Source: Squalus acanthias
Taxonomy: Eukaryota
Reading direction: 5' to 3'
Assembly: GCA_030390025.1 (NCBI GenBank)
Contig: JASTWF010000810.1
Coordinates: 62,001-126,000 of the forward strand
DNA length: 64,000 nt
This document shows positions 50,523 through 62,579 of the stretch, piece by piece. The notes under the pieces were generated by a model that worked only from the letters and a program-made list of their open reading frames with translations, did no database searches and had not been told where the DNA came from. The first letter of the stretch is position 1. The number at the start of each line of letters is the position of its first letter. The translations under genes were made by a program, and so were the position numbers.

Positions 50523-51119
50523 ACTTCTGGGTTTTGCGCACGCAATCACCCTGTTCCCACTCAGAACCCATCTTTACATTAATATCGGGGCCAGAGTGTC
50601 AGTTCACCACCAGTGATCTGTTGTAGACTTTAGGGCCATCGAACCTGTAAAATCTCACCTCCCCAGTGCCCTGAATTTTCATTAAAATCTTTCCTTCCAA
50701 TTTCTTCCCTAATTCCTATTTTCTTCACTCTCATTTAAAAAATAATCCCACTTTATTTTACTTTTCTTTAAGTGGCACAGTTTTTCTTTCTTTCGAAATG
50801 AAGGGTCTTGGACTGGGATCCCCTTTCTCAGTACTTTGCCCTTTTTGTGCCATCTTTATTGATGAGCGTATTTGATGGCCTCGATCTCGGTGCCTGGAGA
50901 AAGTTGGGGAATGTGTGGAAGAAAGGCCGAAATGCCCAGGCTCAAATTGAAGCTTTTGGCACCTCCTAGTGGCCCGAGTCTTTCTGTGCAGCTCTTTTCT
51001 CGGAGTTGTTCTCCAATGTTTGTCTTTCTGGTGTGTCTGTGGACCCATTCTGCCCACTGCGTTTGTCCATTGAATGTACTGTAATATTATTTAAAACGGA
51101 TCTTTGTCCTTCTCTCTCT

Positions 51120-51422
51120 AAATGCAAGCATTGGTTGTCTGGCCTCTTGTGTATCCCCCTCTCCTTGCTCCACTATTGACGGCCGTGCCTTCAGCTGCCT
51201 TGGTCCGAAGATCTGAAATTCCCTCCCTAAATCTCGCCGCCTCTCTACCTCTCCTTTATGACCCCTCTAAAACCCCATCTCTTTGACCAAGCTTTTGGTG
51301 GCCCCTCCTGATAACTCCTTGTTTGTCTCGCTGTCCAATTATGTCTGATTACGCTCCTGTGAAGCGTCTTGAGATGTTTTTCTATGTTAAAGGCGCTATA
51401 TAAATGCAAGTTTTTGTTGTTG
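51120..51422 (+). mobile_element. L2-type LINE 3' end
   Basis: gccttcagc...ctctttgaccaagctttt...aaaggcgctatataaatgcaag followed by (gtt)n. Confidence 0.7.
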
Positions 51423-51869
51423 AAAATGCAAGGGTGTTGCAGAGAAGAAGTGTGCAGAGCCCTCATCCCAATAATGCTGTCAGTTTAACCCCACATCATT
51501 CGTTCTGCACGCTGCACACAAACCCAAAGTTAAGCTTCCACATTTTCAAAGTGTTTTGTGGTTGTGGTTTAGTAATTCAGACAAGCCTAGTCTTCACACT
51601 GAAGAACTAAAATGTACTCAGTCTAACTGAGTGGATGTTCGAGTTCCGTGCACCATTTAGATTTGCCTTTCACCCCATTATTAAGCCTGCTGACAGATTT
51701 CAGGAAAGGACATGTTTGCTTTCCGGTGGGAATGACATCTTTCCCAATACATGTGGGAGAGTTTCCGCTTTGGGACAATCAGGAAATTGCGGCCAAAATG
51801 CACTGTTCCTGTTAATCTTCAAGTTTCCACTAAAATGAATTTGCACAATCGCAAACGTAAAATCTTCCA

Positions 51870-53480
51870 TGATCCAGCGTAATCGGCAGCGCAATAGAAC
51901 CGAATTGTTTCTCTTTTTCCCCTTTCCATTAAAAAGAAAGGGGGAAAAATGTGGTTGATTAACGCCTCCAGGGGGCGCTAACGGGGCGCTTGCAACATAG
52001 CGCCCGAGCGCGGTGATTTCAGTGTCACTCGTGAAATTGACCTGTCATTTTGCGGTGGCGCTAAACACTACCGCCATGATCTCCTGCGCCCGCAGATCGT
52101 GACGTCATGCAAGAGTGCAACGCCCTGGTAGCGCCCCGGACCGGAAATTGATTCTCACATGTGACGTTGCGGGCACCTCATGAAAATGCAGAGGTGTTCC
52201 GAAACCGCAAGCGCTTCCATTCTCTGAATGTCCAGTTGGTGTGTGACCACAGACAGCGCATCCTCGCCGTCAATGCCCGCTATCCTGGCAGCAGCCACGA
52301 TGCTTTTATCCTGCGCCAGACTGGTGTCACAGACCTCTTCCAACCACCACATCAACCTCGTGGCTGGCTCCTCGGGGACAAGGGTTATCCACTCTACACC
52401 TGGCTGATGTCACCGCTCCGTAACCCCAAAACTCCTGCAGAGCTGCAATACAATGAAAGCCATAGCGCCACCAAGAACCTCATTGAGCAAACGATCGGCG
52501 TCTTGAAACAACGGTTCCGGTGTCCTGACCACTCTGAAGGAGCCCTGCAGTACTCTCCTGAGCGAGTCTTGCTTTTCGTGTTGTGTGCTGCATGCTTCAC
52601 AACCTTGCAATTATGAGGACCCAGCCATTGCCACCAGGGATTGGTGCACCAGCTCAGGAGGAGGAGGAGGAGGAAGAGTGAGAGGAGGAGGAGGAGGCAG
52701 AGGAAGAGGATGAAGAGGAGGATCAGTAGCACCAATGTGGGAGGGAGGCGCACAATGTTGCCTCTGCAAGGGCCATCCGTGAACGCCTGATAAGAGACCG
52801 CTTCTAACGAATGACAGAGAAGATGGCATCTGGGATGAAGAAGCACATCATCGCAAGCATCCCGCACCCCCTATTGCCGGGCAAAGCTCCAATGAGTCTA
52901 ATCAGCAAAATTGTAAAGTTACAATAAAATGTTTTATTTATATTACAGACTGTGTCTTATTTATTCAGGACAAACAATTAGAACAGACACAACAATTCAT
53001 AAACTAACAAAACTAATTTTACAACATCGAGATAAGCATCACAACAGTAAACAAATATATTAAGATGAATATCAAACATTCCCACAAACATTCCCCCCAT
53101 TTATTAATAAATTCTACTTTTCGGCCTTCAAGGGTGACCTCCATCCCCTGCGCACTTCCCCCCTTCCCACCCTAATGCTCCTCCGTAATGTGGCCCCAGT
53201 GACTGCAGCAAGGCTGGCGGAAGGCTGCTGAATGCTGGATCCAGAGACTGCAGATGTCCTTGAAGATTGCCCTCAACCAGCTCTGGGCTTGGAGGGCCTG
53301 GCTGCAGACTGCACCAACTCTGCATGGGCGGCAGCAGTCTGGGCTGGCTGTGTTACAGGCCGTGGCAAGTGGCAAGTGCAATGGGGAAGTGGCAGTGGTG
53401 GGAGCAGGAATGTTGTCATCCTGAGAGAGGACAGCACCTTCCCGCTCGACCGACACACTGCCACTCCCACAATAGTCAGA
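51870..53480. mobile_element. Harbinger remnant: transposase 52155-52810 (+) and convergent accessory-gene tail (-)
   Basis: NRKRFHSLNVQLVCD...YPGSSHDAFIL...LLGDKGYP...IEQTIGVLKQRFRC. Confidence 0.88.
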
Positions 53481-54748
53481 GGGAGATAGAAGAGCAAATA
53501 TGTAGGCAAATTTCTGAGAAGTACAAAAATAATAGGGCAGTAATAGTAGGGGATTTCAACTACCCTAATATTAACTGGGATAGAATCAGTGTCAAAGAGG
53601 GTGCAGAATTCTTCAAATGCATTCAGGAGAACTTTTTAGCCAGTACGTAGCAAGCCCAACAAGAGAGGCGGCAGTTCTGGACTTGGTTTGAGGGAATGAA
53701 GCTGGGCAGGTGGGAGGGGTATCAGTGAGAGACCATTTTGGTGGCAGTGATCATAATTCAGTTAAATTTAGCATAGTTATTGAAAAAAACAAAGACAGAC
53801 TAGGAGTAAAAGTTCTCAATTGGGGAAAGGCCAATTTTACTAACCTGAGATGCGATTTAGCAAAGGTGGACTGGAAACAGCTACTTGAAGGTAAATCAGT
53901 GTCAGAGCAGTGGGGGGCATTCAAGCAGGAGATAGTGAGAGTTCAGAGCAAATATGTTCCCACAAAGAAAAAGGGTAGGCTTCCAAATCTAGAGCCCCCT
54001 GGATGTCAAGCGGTATACAGGGTAGGAGGAGGAAAAAAGGGAAGCTTCTGTCAGATACCAAGAGCTAAATATTACAGAAAGCCGAGAGGAGTTTAGAAAA
54101 TGCAGGGGTGAAATTAAAAAGGAAATTAGGAAAGCAACAAGGGGGCATGAAAAAATATTGGCCAGAAAAATCAAGGAGAACCCAAAGATGTTTTATAAAT
54201 ACATAAAGAGCAAGGGGATAACTAAAGAAAGAATAGGGCCTATTAGAGACCAAAAAGGTAACCTGTGTGTGGAGGCGGAAGACGTGGGTATGGCTCTTAA
54301 TGAATACTTTGCGTCTGTCTCCACAAAAGAGAGGGATGGTGCAGACATTGTAGTTAAGGATGAGTGTGAAATATTAGATGAAATCAACTTAGTGAGAGTG
54401 GAATTATTCAGGGGTTTAGCATCTTTGAAAGTCGATCAATTGCCAGGCCCGAATGAAATCGATCCCAGGCTGTTAAGAGAAGCAAGGGAGGAAATAGCGG
54501 AGGCTCTGACCATCATTTTCCAATCCTCTCTGGCCACAGGTGTGGTGCTGGAGGACTGGAGGACTGCTAATGTTGTACCGTTGTTTAAAAAGGGAGAAAG
54601 GTATAGATCGAGTAATGACAGGCCAATCAGCCTAACCTCGGTGGTGGGCAAGTTATTGGAAAAAGTTCTGAGGGACAGTATTAATTGTCATTTAGAAATG
54701 TGAGAAGTCACACAACACCAGGTTATAGTCCAACAGTTTTATTTGAAA

Positions 54749-54786
54749 TCACAAGCTTTCGGAGCGCTGCTCCTTCGTCAGGTGAA
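54749..54786 (-). ncRNA. Minimal type I hammerhead ribozyme motif (inverted copy)
   Basis: Minus strand reads TTCAC-CTGACGA-AGGAGC-AGC-GCTCC-GAAA-GCTT-GTGA. Confidence 0.7.
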
Positions 54787-55162
54787 GTGAAGAGATGTAT
54801 ATCGGCACAGCATATATAGTCAGAGAACACTGCCAGACGATTACAGTTAATCTTTCTAACTGCCCTTTATCACACCTCGGCAGAGAGACAATCACGGCAA
54901 TCAAAGGTGTGAATGGTGTCCAAACAGGTCAGTCAGGAAAACATTACATCAAAGACAATGAGGTGGGGTCACAGATGCTGGTGTCTGTATGGAAAACAAA
55001 AAACTTTTTTTGCTGACTGACCTGTTTGGACACCATTCACACCTTTGATTGGCGTGATTGTCTCTCTGCCGAGGTGTGATAAAGGGCAGTTAGAAAGATT
55101 AACTGTAATCGTCTGGCAGTGCTCTCTGAGTATATATGCTGTGCCTATATGCATCTCTTCAC

Positions 55163-55202
55163 TTCACCTGACGAAGGAGCAGCCGCTCCGAAAGCTTGTG
55201 AT
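55163..55202 (+). ncRNA. Minimal type I hammerhead ribozyme motif
   Basis: TCAC-CTGACGA-AGGAGC-AGCC-GCTCC-GAAA-GCTT-GTGA: catalytic core, stem I, stem II and palindromic AAGCTT stem III. Confidence 0.7.
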
Positions 55203-57581
55203 TTCAAATAAAACTGTTGGACTATAACCTGGTGTTGTGCGACTTCTCACATTTGTCCACCCCAGTCCAACACCAGCATCTCCACATCACGTCATTTAGA
55301 ATTAATCAAGGACTGTCAACATGGATTTGTTAAGAGAAGGTCGTGTCTGACTAACTTGATTGAATTTTTTGAGGAGGTAACAAGGAGGGTTGATGTAGTC
55401 TACATGGATTATAGCAAGGTTTTTGACAAGGTTCCACATGGCTAACTGGTCAGAAAAGTAAAAGTCCACAGGATCCAAGGGAAAGTGACAAGTTGGATCC
55501 AAAATTGGCTCAGCGGCAGGAAGCAAAGGGTAATGGTCGACAGGCGTGTTTCCAGTGGGGTTCTGTAGGGCTCAGGGCTCCCTTTCTTTTTGTGGTATAT
55601 ATCAATGATTTAGACTACAATGTAGGGGGCGTGATTAAGAAGTTTGCAGATGATACAAAAATTGTCTGTGTGGCTGATAGTGAGGAAGAAAGCTGTAGAC
55701 TGCAGGAAGATATCAATGAAGGTGTTTGGGGAGGGCTAACAAGGCAAGGGAATACACAATAAATGGTAGGATACTGAGAAGTGTAGAGGAACAGAGGGAC
55801 CTTGAAATGCATGTCCACAGATCCCTGAAGGTAACAGGGCAGGTAGATAAGGTGGTTAAGAAGGCATACGGGATACTTTCCTTTATTAGATGAAGCTTTG
55901 AATATAAGAGCAGGGAGGTTATACTTGGACTGTATAAAATGCTAGTTAGGCCACAGCTAGAGTACTGTGTACAGTTCTGGTCACCACACTACAGGAAGGA
56001 TGTCATTGCACTAGAAAGGGTACAGAGGAGATTTACCAGGATGTTGCCAGGACTGTTGAATTTTAGCTATGAGGAAAGATTGGATAGTCAGGGGTTGCTT
56101 TCTTTGGAACAGAGGAGGCTGAGGGGAGACTTAATTGAAGTGTATAAAATTCTGAGGGGCCGAGATAGGGTGGATAAGAAGTATCTATTTCCCTTAGTGT
56201 GGAGGTCAATAACCAAGGGGCATAGACTTAAAGTAATTGGTAGAAGGATTAGAGGGGTGTTGAGGAGACTGTTTTCACCCAGAATGTGGTGGGGGTCTGG
56301 AACTCACTGCCAGAAAGGGTGGTAGAGGCAGAAGCCCTCAACACATTTAAAAGGTACTTGGATATGCACTTGAAGTGCCGTAACCTACAGGGCTACGGAC
56401 CAAGAGCTGGAAAGTGGGATTAGGCTGGGTAGCTCTTTTTCGTCCGGCACAGATATGATGGGCCGAATAGCCTCCTTCTTTGCCATAAGTTTCTATGATT
56501 CTATGAGACTGGGCTTGTATTCCCTTGAGTATGAAAGTTTAAGGGGTGAACTGTGCTGGCGTGGATTTGTAGTCTAAAGGTGAAGCAATTATGGGTAAGG
56601 AGAGTGGACCATCTATGGGGGAGTCAGATTCATCTGCCAGAATCTCTCTGTTAGGAACAGACTCAAGCATTTGACGAGTACGTCTGGTGCACAGAGCTGG
56701 ATTTGAGCTCAGGCTCATGTATCTAGGGCTCGGTTGTCTTCCAGGACTGGGCTGTGGGAGGAGCAGCCTCAAATTCTGCACATCCACCTTCGAATGGAAT
56801 ATGGTGCGTCTCCACGCAGCGGGCAATGATGGAGGCAGGGATTTTATGGCAGTTAAACTGCTCATCATGCTGCCTGGGGGGAGAGCCTGGTATCTGCTGA
56901 CCCTCTAATGTATGCTGCATGAGTATAAGAGGGAGGAGGACGTGAAGCAACCTGTTCTCCCAGCTGCACATCTCACATTGCCTCTGTCATTTGCCTGCCC
57001 AGAATTGTGACGGCTTCTTTCTCAGAAGCACTTAGAGAATTCCCCAGCCTTTCAATAAAAGTGACTTTCTGGTACAAGAAAGTAAACTAGTATGGTATGT
57101 AGCTGGCTGCCATGACATTTTCTCACACGTAGCTGGCAGCAAGCAAGCTATTAATGGGCTGAGATTAATGGTACAAATCATGGGAGACTTGCAGTGCATT
57201 CAGTTATGGAAGGTTACGAGGGAAGGTGATGTTGGAAGTGAAGGAAAGGGGTGTGAATGGTCTGGCAGCACCTCCTGTGCATTACTGGTTGACTCAATGG
57301 TAATTAATTACCTGTCATGAAGCTTATTCCCATCCATTGCATCTACAAGGACCCTTTTTCAATTTTGGGGCCGACCCTTTTACGTTGCTGCAGCTCTTTA
57401 AATGCAGCAGCAGATTACAATTTCTTACTTCCCCTCCTTCAACACCTCCTAATGGGAGCCCGGCCACAATAAACAAATGAGAATGAATACAACGGTAGCT
57501 GAAGCAGGAGGTCCTGCCCGGTCACACGTCTAGCATTGAATCCGTCCACTGGGATCTCCATTGGTCAGAACAGGATTGCTA

Positions 57582-57587
57582 TTTATT
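57582..57587 (-). terminator. Polyadenylation signal of the MROH1-like gene
   Basis: AATAAA ~75 nt downstream of the stop codon in AT-rich sequence. Confidence 0.6.
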
Positions 57588-57662
57588 TCATAATAAATGA
57601 GGTAAAATTAAGAATAAACTTATTTACAAATTAAGAATAAACATATTTACAACAAGAATCTC

Positions 57663-60600
57663 TCAGCACAATCGGAAACACGTGGAGAAGGATCGGTGAG
57701 TCTGTCGAGTTGAGTTGGATCGTCCACGCTGGATCCTTAAACAGCAGAGTTTCTCTATCCATGTCCTCCTCCGGGCAGGCTCCGGTGGAATCTGAGAAAG
57801 GACGACTGATAAGAAGACCGCATCCCCTCGGAGACGAGGCCCCATGTGTAGGAAGGGCCTGCAGCACTTTTTATACGAGTTGATCCTCCTGGGGAAATCT
57901 TTGATGAGCTGTAAGGAAAGGACGTTCAAAAATTCCTCATACATCAGGCTGCCTTCCCGTGAATGCTCCTGAATTATTGCAGAAACCCTCTGTGAGCCGA
58001 TATATGGGGCGACCGAGCACAGTGTTAAAAGACAGGCCCTCTGGACCTCCTCACTCTCTTCGTCCAGGTGTAGCAACAAACTGACCAGGATCAGGTGGAT
58101 CTCTTCCAGAAAGGAAGCCCTTGAATCTTCATGTCCACATTTGGCCAAAGTGCCAAACACAGTAAATGCGGCAGCACGAACCTGAGCGGATTTGAACTCA
58201 AAGCAACATCGAATTCCTTTTGCTATATCAATGCAAAAGGGTGTGATAGCATTGACACTCAGCTGGTCCAAGAGCTTTGAGAGAGTTGATGTCACTTCAA
58301 TCATGAATTCCTCTTCTTGATACTCCTTGCTCTGCAGTATGTTACTCATTGCAGCCAACAGGTCTGAAGCATGTCTCTCCATCACTCCAGCTACTCCAGT
58401 TGGAATATTCCCCAGGCCTCGAACACACAGCAACCTGACAGCCAGAGTTGAATCAAGTAGACCCGTGAGCAAACTATTCACCAGGATGTTAGTGAGCCGT
58501 GCGTGGGAGGTCAATGAATGTTTCAAAAGTTCAGCAAAGAAGGCAGCCACAGTGGCTTTCTGACTCTCCTGTTTAGTTGACAGGACAGGGGCAAGATCCA
58601 CCACAATCCCAATCAGCTGGTGCTCATTGAATAAGTTCATCGCTCGAGCGAGCAGAGCAATCCCCTTGTGGTAGGTGTGTGGGTCCAACATCAAATCCCA
58701 GCCTCCCTTCTCCTGGACGAAATCTACAACCACTTCATTGTGCGCTCGATTCAGCATGGCCCTGAGAGTCTTCACTGACGACAGGCAAAGCTCTGGGCTT
58801 TTGCACACTGGTGTTGCTGATCGATTTTCTGACAGCTCTAATTCACAGCAAGGAATAAAGTCAAAAGGCAAATTCACATGGATACAGGAACTGAGATGAT
58901 TTAATAGAGCACCGAATAACTCCGAATACAAGGAGTTAACAGCCTCTGCAGACTCTGGCTCTGAGACCATCTCGTACAGAGCGCTTATAACAGCCAGAGG
59001 ATCAGGGCTCTCATCCTCTGTCACTGAATGGCTCCTTTCATTCAATGGCACTGATCTGTTCATGTATGGCATCAGTTGTTTGAATGATGAAAAAGCCAGT
59101 TGGGTCTTCTTTGCTACTGAGCGCCAGATGGCGATGGTGCGCTCGTCCACGGGGAACCTGAGGAGACAACGCACAACAGCTGGCAGGTGCTGGGAAGTGA
59201 GGAGAGTGAAGGTTTCTAGCACAGTCAGTGTCACTTCCTTTTGTCTGATTGCCGGCATTTGAAGGTGCAGCGCCTCGAGGGTCTCTGAGAGCTGATCCTC
59301 CAGCTCAGGGCCACGTCTCGCAACAACAGCTTTCATTATAATAGCAGCTGTATTGGCACAGCTGGGGTGGTGGTCAACCAGCCCTTTGAAGAGCATAAAG
59401 AGCAGGTTGGCCAGCTGGTCCCGGGGCAAGTGCTTGGAAATGAGATCTGCGAGCTCGGAGCATCCTTGAAAGAGGACTGTGGTGTCTGTGCTCGCCAATC
59501 GTTGGCCAATTCTTTTCACAATCTCTTCCTGCTCATTTTGCTCATCTAGATTCACACCTTCATAACACGCTTGGATCTTTAGGAGGATGTGCAAACTGTC
59601 CATTGCCCTCTGCCGTATGGGGAGCAAGGGGTCAACACATCGTGGCAGCAGCTGACCAACTACAGCCCCCAAGTCAATCGGTGCCATTATATTTTCAACA
59701 TCAAGCTCCTGCCAGTAGAATGTCAGCAGCTTAGAGGTCACGTCTACTGCTCGCTCTCTTTCATAACCCCTCGGTGATATCATCCACTTCTCCAAATATT
59801 TGTGTATGGTCTGGAGACCCTCAGGGGACAGGTTCTGCAGCAAAACTTGTTTGAGGAGACTGTATAGAGCAGCCATACTTTCCATGTAAAGAGTCTCTCC
59901 TCCTCCTGGGTTAACAGGTGTCCCGTCCTGGTCCTGGTTGGGGTCCACAGGAACCAAACTGAAAATACTCCTCAAGCAGCTTTGAATGAACTGGCAGTTA
60001 TCAGCTTCATTTAACCGTGGGTTAAGTTGGACAAGATGAAGGCAGGCATTCATTGCCAACTGCCGAATAGGAGTCTGCAGCAGCTCTGTTGGCTCAGCCT
60101 CGATAAGTTGTTGCATGTACGTCAGTAGCTCACTTTTCCTGCTGAAATTCAAGGGGAATGTCCGACTGCTGGACTGCACTGCTCTGGCTATCAGAGTCAC
60201 GGTCTTTATCAGGCTCAATGTCAGAGTCAAGTCCTTTACCTCCTGTCCAAGCTGGCTGAGTTGGTCACTTAACACTGGCAGAATGTGGTCCTCTATTCGG
60301 GATAAACAATGGTCTGGTGGAGCATTGATTGCCAGATACCCATAGCTAAGAACCAATGTGCTCTTAGCATCATCCACCTCAAGATCAGACTCATCCTTAC
60401 GAACACGGAGGAAACTCGTAGACTTCTTCAGGAGGTTTAAGTTATTATAATCCACTAGGCTGCTGAAGGTGGCTTCAAAGTTAGTGATAGAACAGAAACC
60501 AATTCCAACAGCCACACCCTCTCTCTCAACGGTCTCCCTGTGCTGAGCATTCTGTAACATTTGCTGAATCTCTTTCTTTATGTCCGTGCTGTCGGAGTGA

Positions 60601-62579
60601 TGTAGCGCCATCCCAAGACATTTATATAGAAACCCCTTCTGTTGTGGATAACTGTGGGAGATTGTGATCTGTTGCTTTATTTGATCGATCAACTGGCATG
60701 TCCACTGCTCGTCCTCAATTATATTCAGTGTTTCGGACAAAAGCAGGATCAGTTTCTCCTCCCATTCTTGCTGGGGCAGGGTCTTCTCTGAACTCTCCAC
60801 CAAGTTATTAAGTAACAATGGGATCTCCTCCTCCCACATCTTCACTATTGCTGCGTGAATATTCAGGCTCACGGCCTGTAGTAGCCTCAGTGCAGCAGCA
60901 CCACGGCCTTCTCCCTCATAGGGACAACAAGCTAGAATCAGAAGCCGTGTCAGCAGTGCCTGAGGTTTCGGGAGATTTGCAATTTGTTTATAAAGGAGGA
61001 AATACTTCTCATCTCCTGCTTGCAGCTTCTTCGTTGCAAGTCTTGTTAAACATTGAGAAACCATTGTTAGCCCTTTGGTGTATTGAGGTAAAGTCATGAT
61101 GTGTAAAAGGAATGGCCAGAGTACATCCTCCATACTCTCCAGAGCTGTCAGAGTCAACATCATGACTTCACACATTGGACTCAAGTCTTCATGGGTAACC
61201 TGATCTCCATCATTAGCCAATGGGATTTGGTTCCCTGAGTCTGTGGAGAGAACATACTGTTTCAGGATAAACTCCACCATTATTCTTCCTCCCTCGAGAT
61301 CTAGGTAACCTTCGTGGGCCATGGCACCAATTGTCTCCACAATCAGCTTCTTGACATTGTTGTTGTTGTCTCGAAGCGTTAGTTTTAAACCAGCCACAAT
61401 TTGGGCCTTCTTCCTTTCCAGCTGTGAAGGGACAGCCCTGATAAGGTGCTTGAGGACACTTAGTGTTCCCAGTCTAGATTGTGGATTGTTGGTTTCCAGC
61501 TGGGGGAGAAGGAATTCCATCAGTGAGTCAGCATGATCTTGGGCCAGAAGAGTGTAGCAGCCAAGGATCCGATTGCGATTCTCTGCAGCGAGCCGGTTAT
61601 CGCAATCCACTGGAATACAAAACTGTTCCTGCAAGTTGCTAAGCAGACCCTCCATCTGTGTTCTAAGACTTTTGCTTCCCATATTGACAGCAGTAGCTAC
61701 AATCTGACACAGACTACGGGTGATAGCAAGGTGTTGGGATTGAAATTTATACAGAACCAGGATTCCAGCAATTAACCTTGGCAATTCTACCTCTAGGCTG
61801 TCTTTGGGCATCAAGGAGGTGGAGTAGCCCAGAGCTTCCACTATTATGATATTTAATGGAGACTCCTCCTTCTCAAGCCACTTATTGAAAAGGAAATCAT
61901 AAGAAATGTTCATCTCATTGGCGAAGGATTCTTTAGTCACTGTTGTCTGTGGGTGCTTCTCTACATCATCCACGTAGAGTAGAATGTTCTTGCTAAAAGC
62001 GCCCAGTGCTGCGGCAAACACTGATTTATGGTAGTCTAGCCTGACCTTCATCAGTACTGGAATCATAATCTCCAGGATGGGCTTTATTAAAGGTACCATC
62101 TCATGGACATGGGCTGATGACAGCCTTATCAATGTTTTGACCTTAAAAACATGGGTTAGATATCCTTTCTTCATATCTTCCAGTGTAAAAGCCAGCACTT
62201 TTTCTAAAAATCCTAAGCCGATGGCAACCAGGAGGTTACATGCAGCTTCCTGGCTTTGCTTATGCGCCTCGATCAACGTGGTCGCTCTGAGGGAAGCCAT
62301 AACGATGAGAGAGTCAGCCACATGGTGTTGAATGAAGCTGACTTTGTCTTGGACGATCATCTCCATGGTGTTCAGAATGACTGTGCTCTGTTCATCCGGG
62401 AGCCAGACACGTTGCCAGAGGTAGCGACGGCAAGTGAGGAGGACAAATTCTGGCCACTGCTGACCCAGTCTATATATAGTCTGGGATATTTCTCGTCGAG
62501 TGTTGTCATCATCATCGACCAGTCTCTTTAACAGAGCCATCAAGAAAGCGCCAATTTTTCTCCCTGGTTCTTGCGCCAT
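57663..62579 (-). CDS. Maestro HEAT-like repeat protein (MROH1-like), single coding exon, ~1638 aa
   Basis: Uninterrupted ~4.9-kb ORF with strong Kozak ccaagaATGG. All-helical HEAT-type sequence with MROH1-like motifs (HEGYLDLEGG, DVLWPFLL, LPKPQALLTRLL, KGFLYKCLG, PRCVDP, VRLLCVRGLGN, SLLLHLDE). AATAAA at 57587-57582. Confidence 0.9.
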   Translation of the reverse strand: MAQEPGRKIGAFLMALLKRLVDDDDNTRREISQTIYRLGQQWPEFVLLTCRRYLWQRVWLPDEQSTVILNTMEMIVQDKVSFIQHHVADSLIVMASLRATTLIEAHKQSQEAACNLLVAIGLGFLEKVLAFTLEDMKKGYLTHVFKVKTLIRLSSAHVHEMVPLIKPILEIMIPVLMKVRLDYHKSVFAAALGAFSKNILLYVDDVEKHPQTTVTKESFANEMNISYDFLFNKWLEKEESPLNIIIVEALGYSTSLMPKDSLEVELPRLIAGILVLYKFQSQHLAITRSLCQIVATAVNMGSKSLRTQMEGLLSNLQEQFCIPVDCDNRLAAENRNRILGCYTLLAQDHADSLMEFLLPQLETNNPQSRLGTLSVLKHLIRAVPSQLERKKAQIVAGLKLTLRDNNNNVKKLIVETIGAMAHEGYLDLEGGRIMVEFILKQYVLSTDSGNQIPLANDGDQVTHEDLSPMCEVMMLTLTALESMEDVLWPFLLHIMTLPQYTKGLTMVSQCLTRLATKKLQAGDEKYFLLYKQIANLPKPQALLTRLLILACCPYEGEGRGAAALRLLQAVSLNIHAAIVKMWEEEIPLLLNNLVESSEKTLPQQEWEEKLILLLSETLNIIEDEQWTCQLIDQIKQQITISHSYPQQKGFLYKCLGMALHHSDSTDIKKEIQQMLQNAQHRETVEREGVAVGIGFCSITNFEATFSSLVDYNNLNLLKKSTSFLRVRKDESDLEVDDAKSTLVLSYGYLAINAPPDHCLSRIEDHILPVLSDQLSQLGQEVKDLTLTLSLIKTVTLIARAVQSSSRTFPLNFSRKSELLTYMQQLIEAEPTELLQTPIRQLAMNACLHLVQLNPRLNEADNCQFIQSCLRSIFSLVPVDPNQDQDGTPVNPGGGETLYMESMAALYSLLKQVLLQNLSPEGLQTIHKYLEKWMISPRGYERERAVDVTSKLLTFYWQELDVENIMAPIDLGAVVGQLLPRCVDPLLPIRQRAMDSLHILLKIQACYEGVNLDEQNEQEEIVKRIGQRLASTDTTVLFQGCSELADLISKHLPRDQLANLLFMLFKGLVDHHPSCANTAAIIMKAVVARRGPELEDQLSETLEALHLQMPAIRQKEVTLTVLETFTLLTSQHLPAVVRCLLRFPVDERTIAIWRSVAKKTQLAFSSFKQLMPYMNRSVPLNERSHSVTEDESPDPLAVISALYEMVSEPESAEAVNSLYSELFGALLNHLSSCIHVNLPFDFIPCCELELSENRSATPVCKSPELCLSSVKTLRAMLNRAHNEVVVDFVQEKGGWDLMLDPHTYHKGIALLARAMNLFNEHQLIGIVVDLAPVLSTKQESQKATVAAFFAELLKHSLTSHARLTNILVNSLLTGLLDSTLAVRLLCVRGLGNIPTGVAGVMERHASDLLAAMSNILQSKEYQEEEFMIEVTSTLSKLLDQLSVNAITPFCIDIAKGIRCCFEFKSAQVRAAAFTVFGTLAKCGHEDSRASFLEEIHLILVSLLLHLDEESEEVQRACLLTLCSVAPYIGSQRVSAIIQEHSREGSLMYEEFLNVLSLQLIKDFPRRINSYKKCCRPFLHMGPRLRGDAVFLSVVLSQIPPEPARRRTWIEKLCCLRIQRGRSNSTRQTHRSFSTCFRLC

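Larger units (their letters stand above)
54698..55290. mobile_element. Penelope-like element remnant: ~240-bp inverted repeat with 11-bp target-site duplication
   Basis: 54698-54936 is the near-perfect reverse complement of 55013-55252. GTCATTTAGAA occurs at 54687-54697 and 55291-55301. Confidence 0.85.
53480..56505 (+). mobile_element. Degenerate ~3-kb CR1 LINE interrupted by a Penelope-like insert
   Basis: GDFN, SDHN, RPISLTS, FADDTK and LEYCVQFW remnants; ttctatgattctatg tail. Confidence 0.9.

Noticed and set aside
52155-52810. Host HARBI1 gene
   Set aside because: Truncated, frameshifted and present in several decayed copies in this window, so these are transposon remnants.
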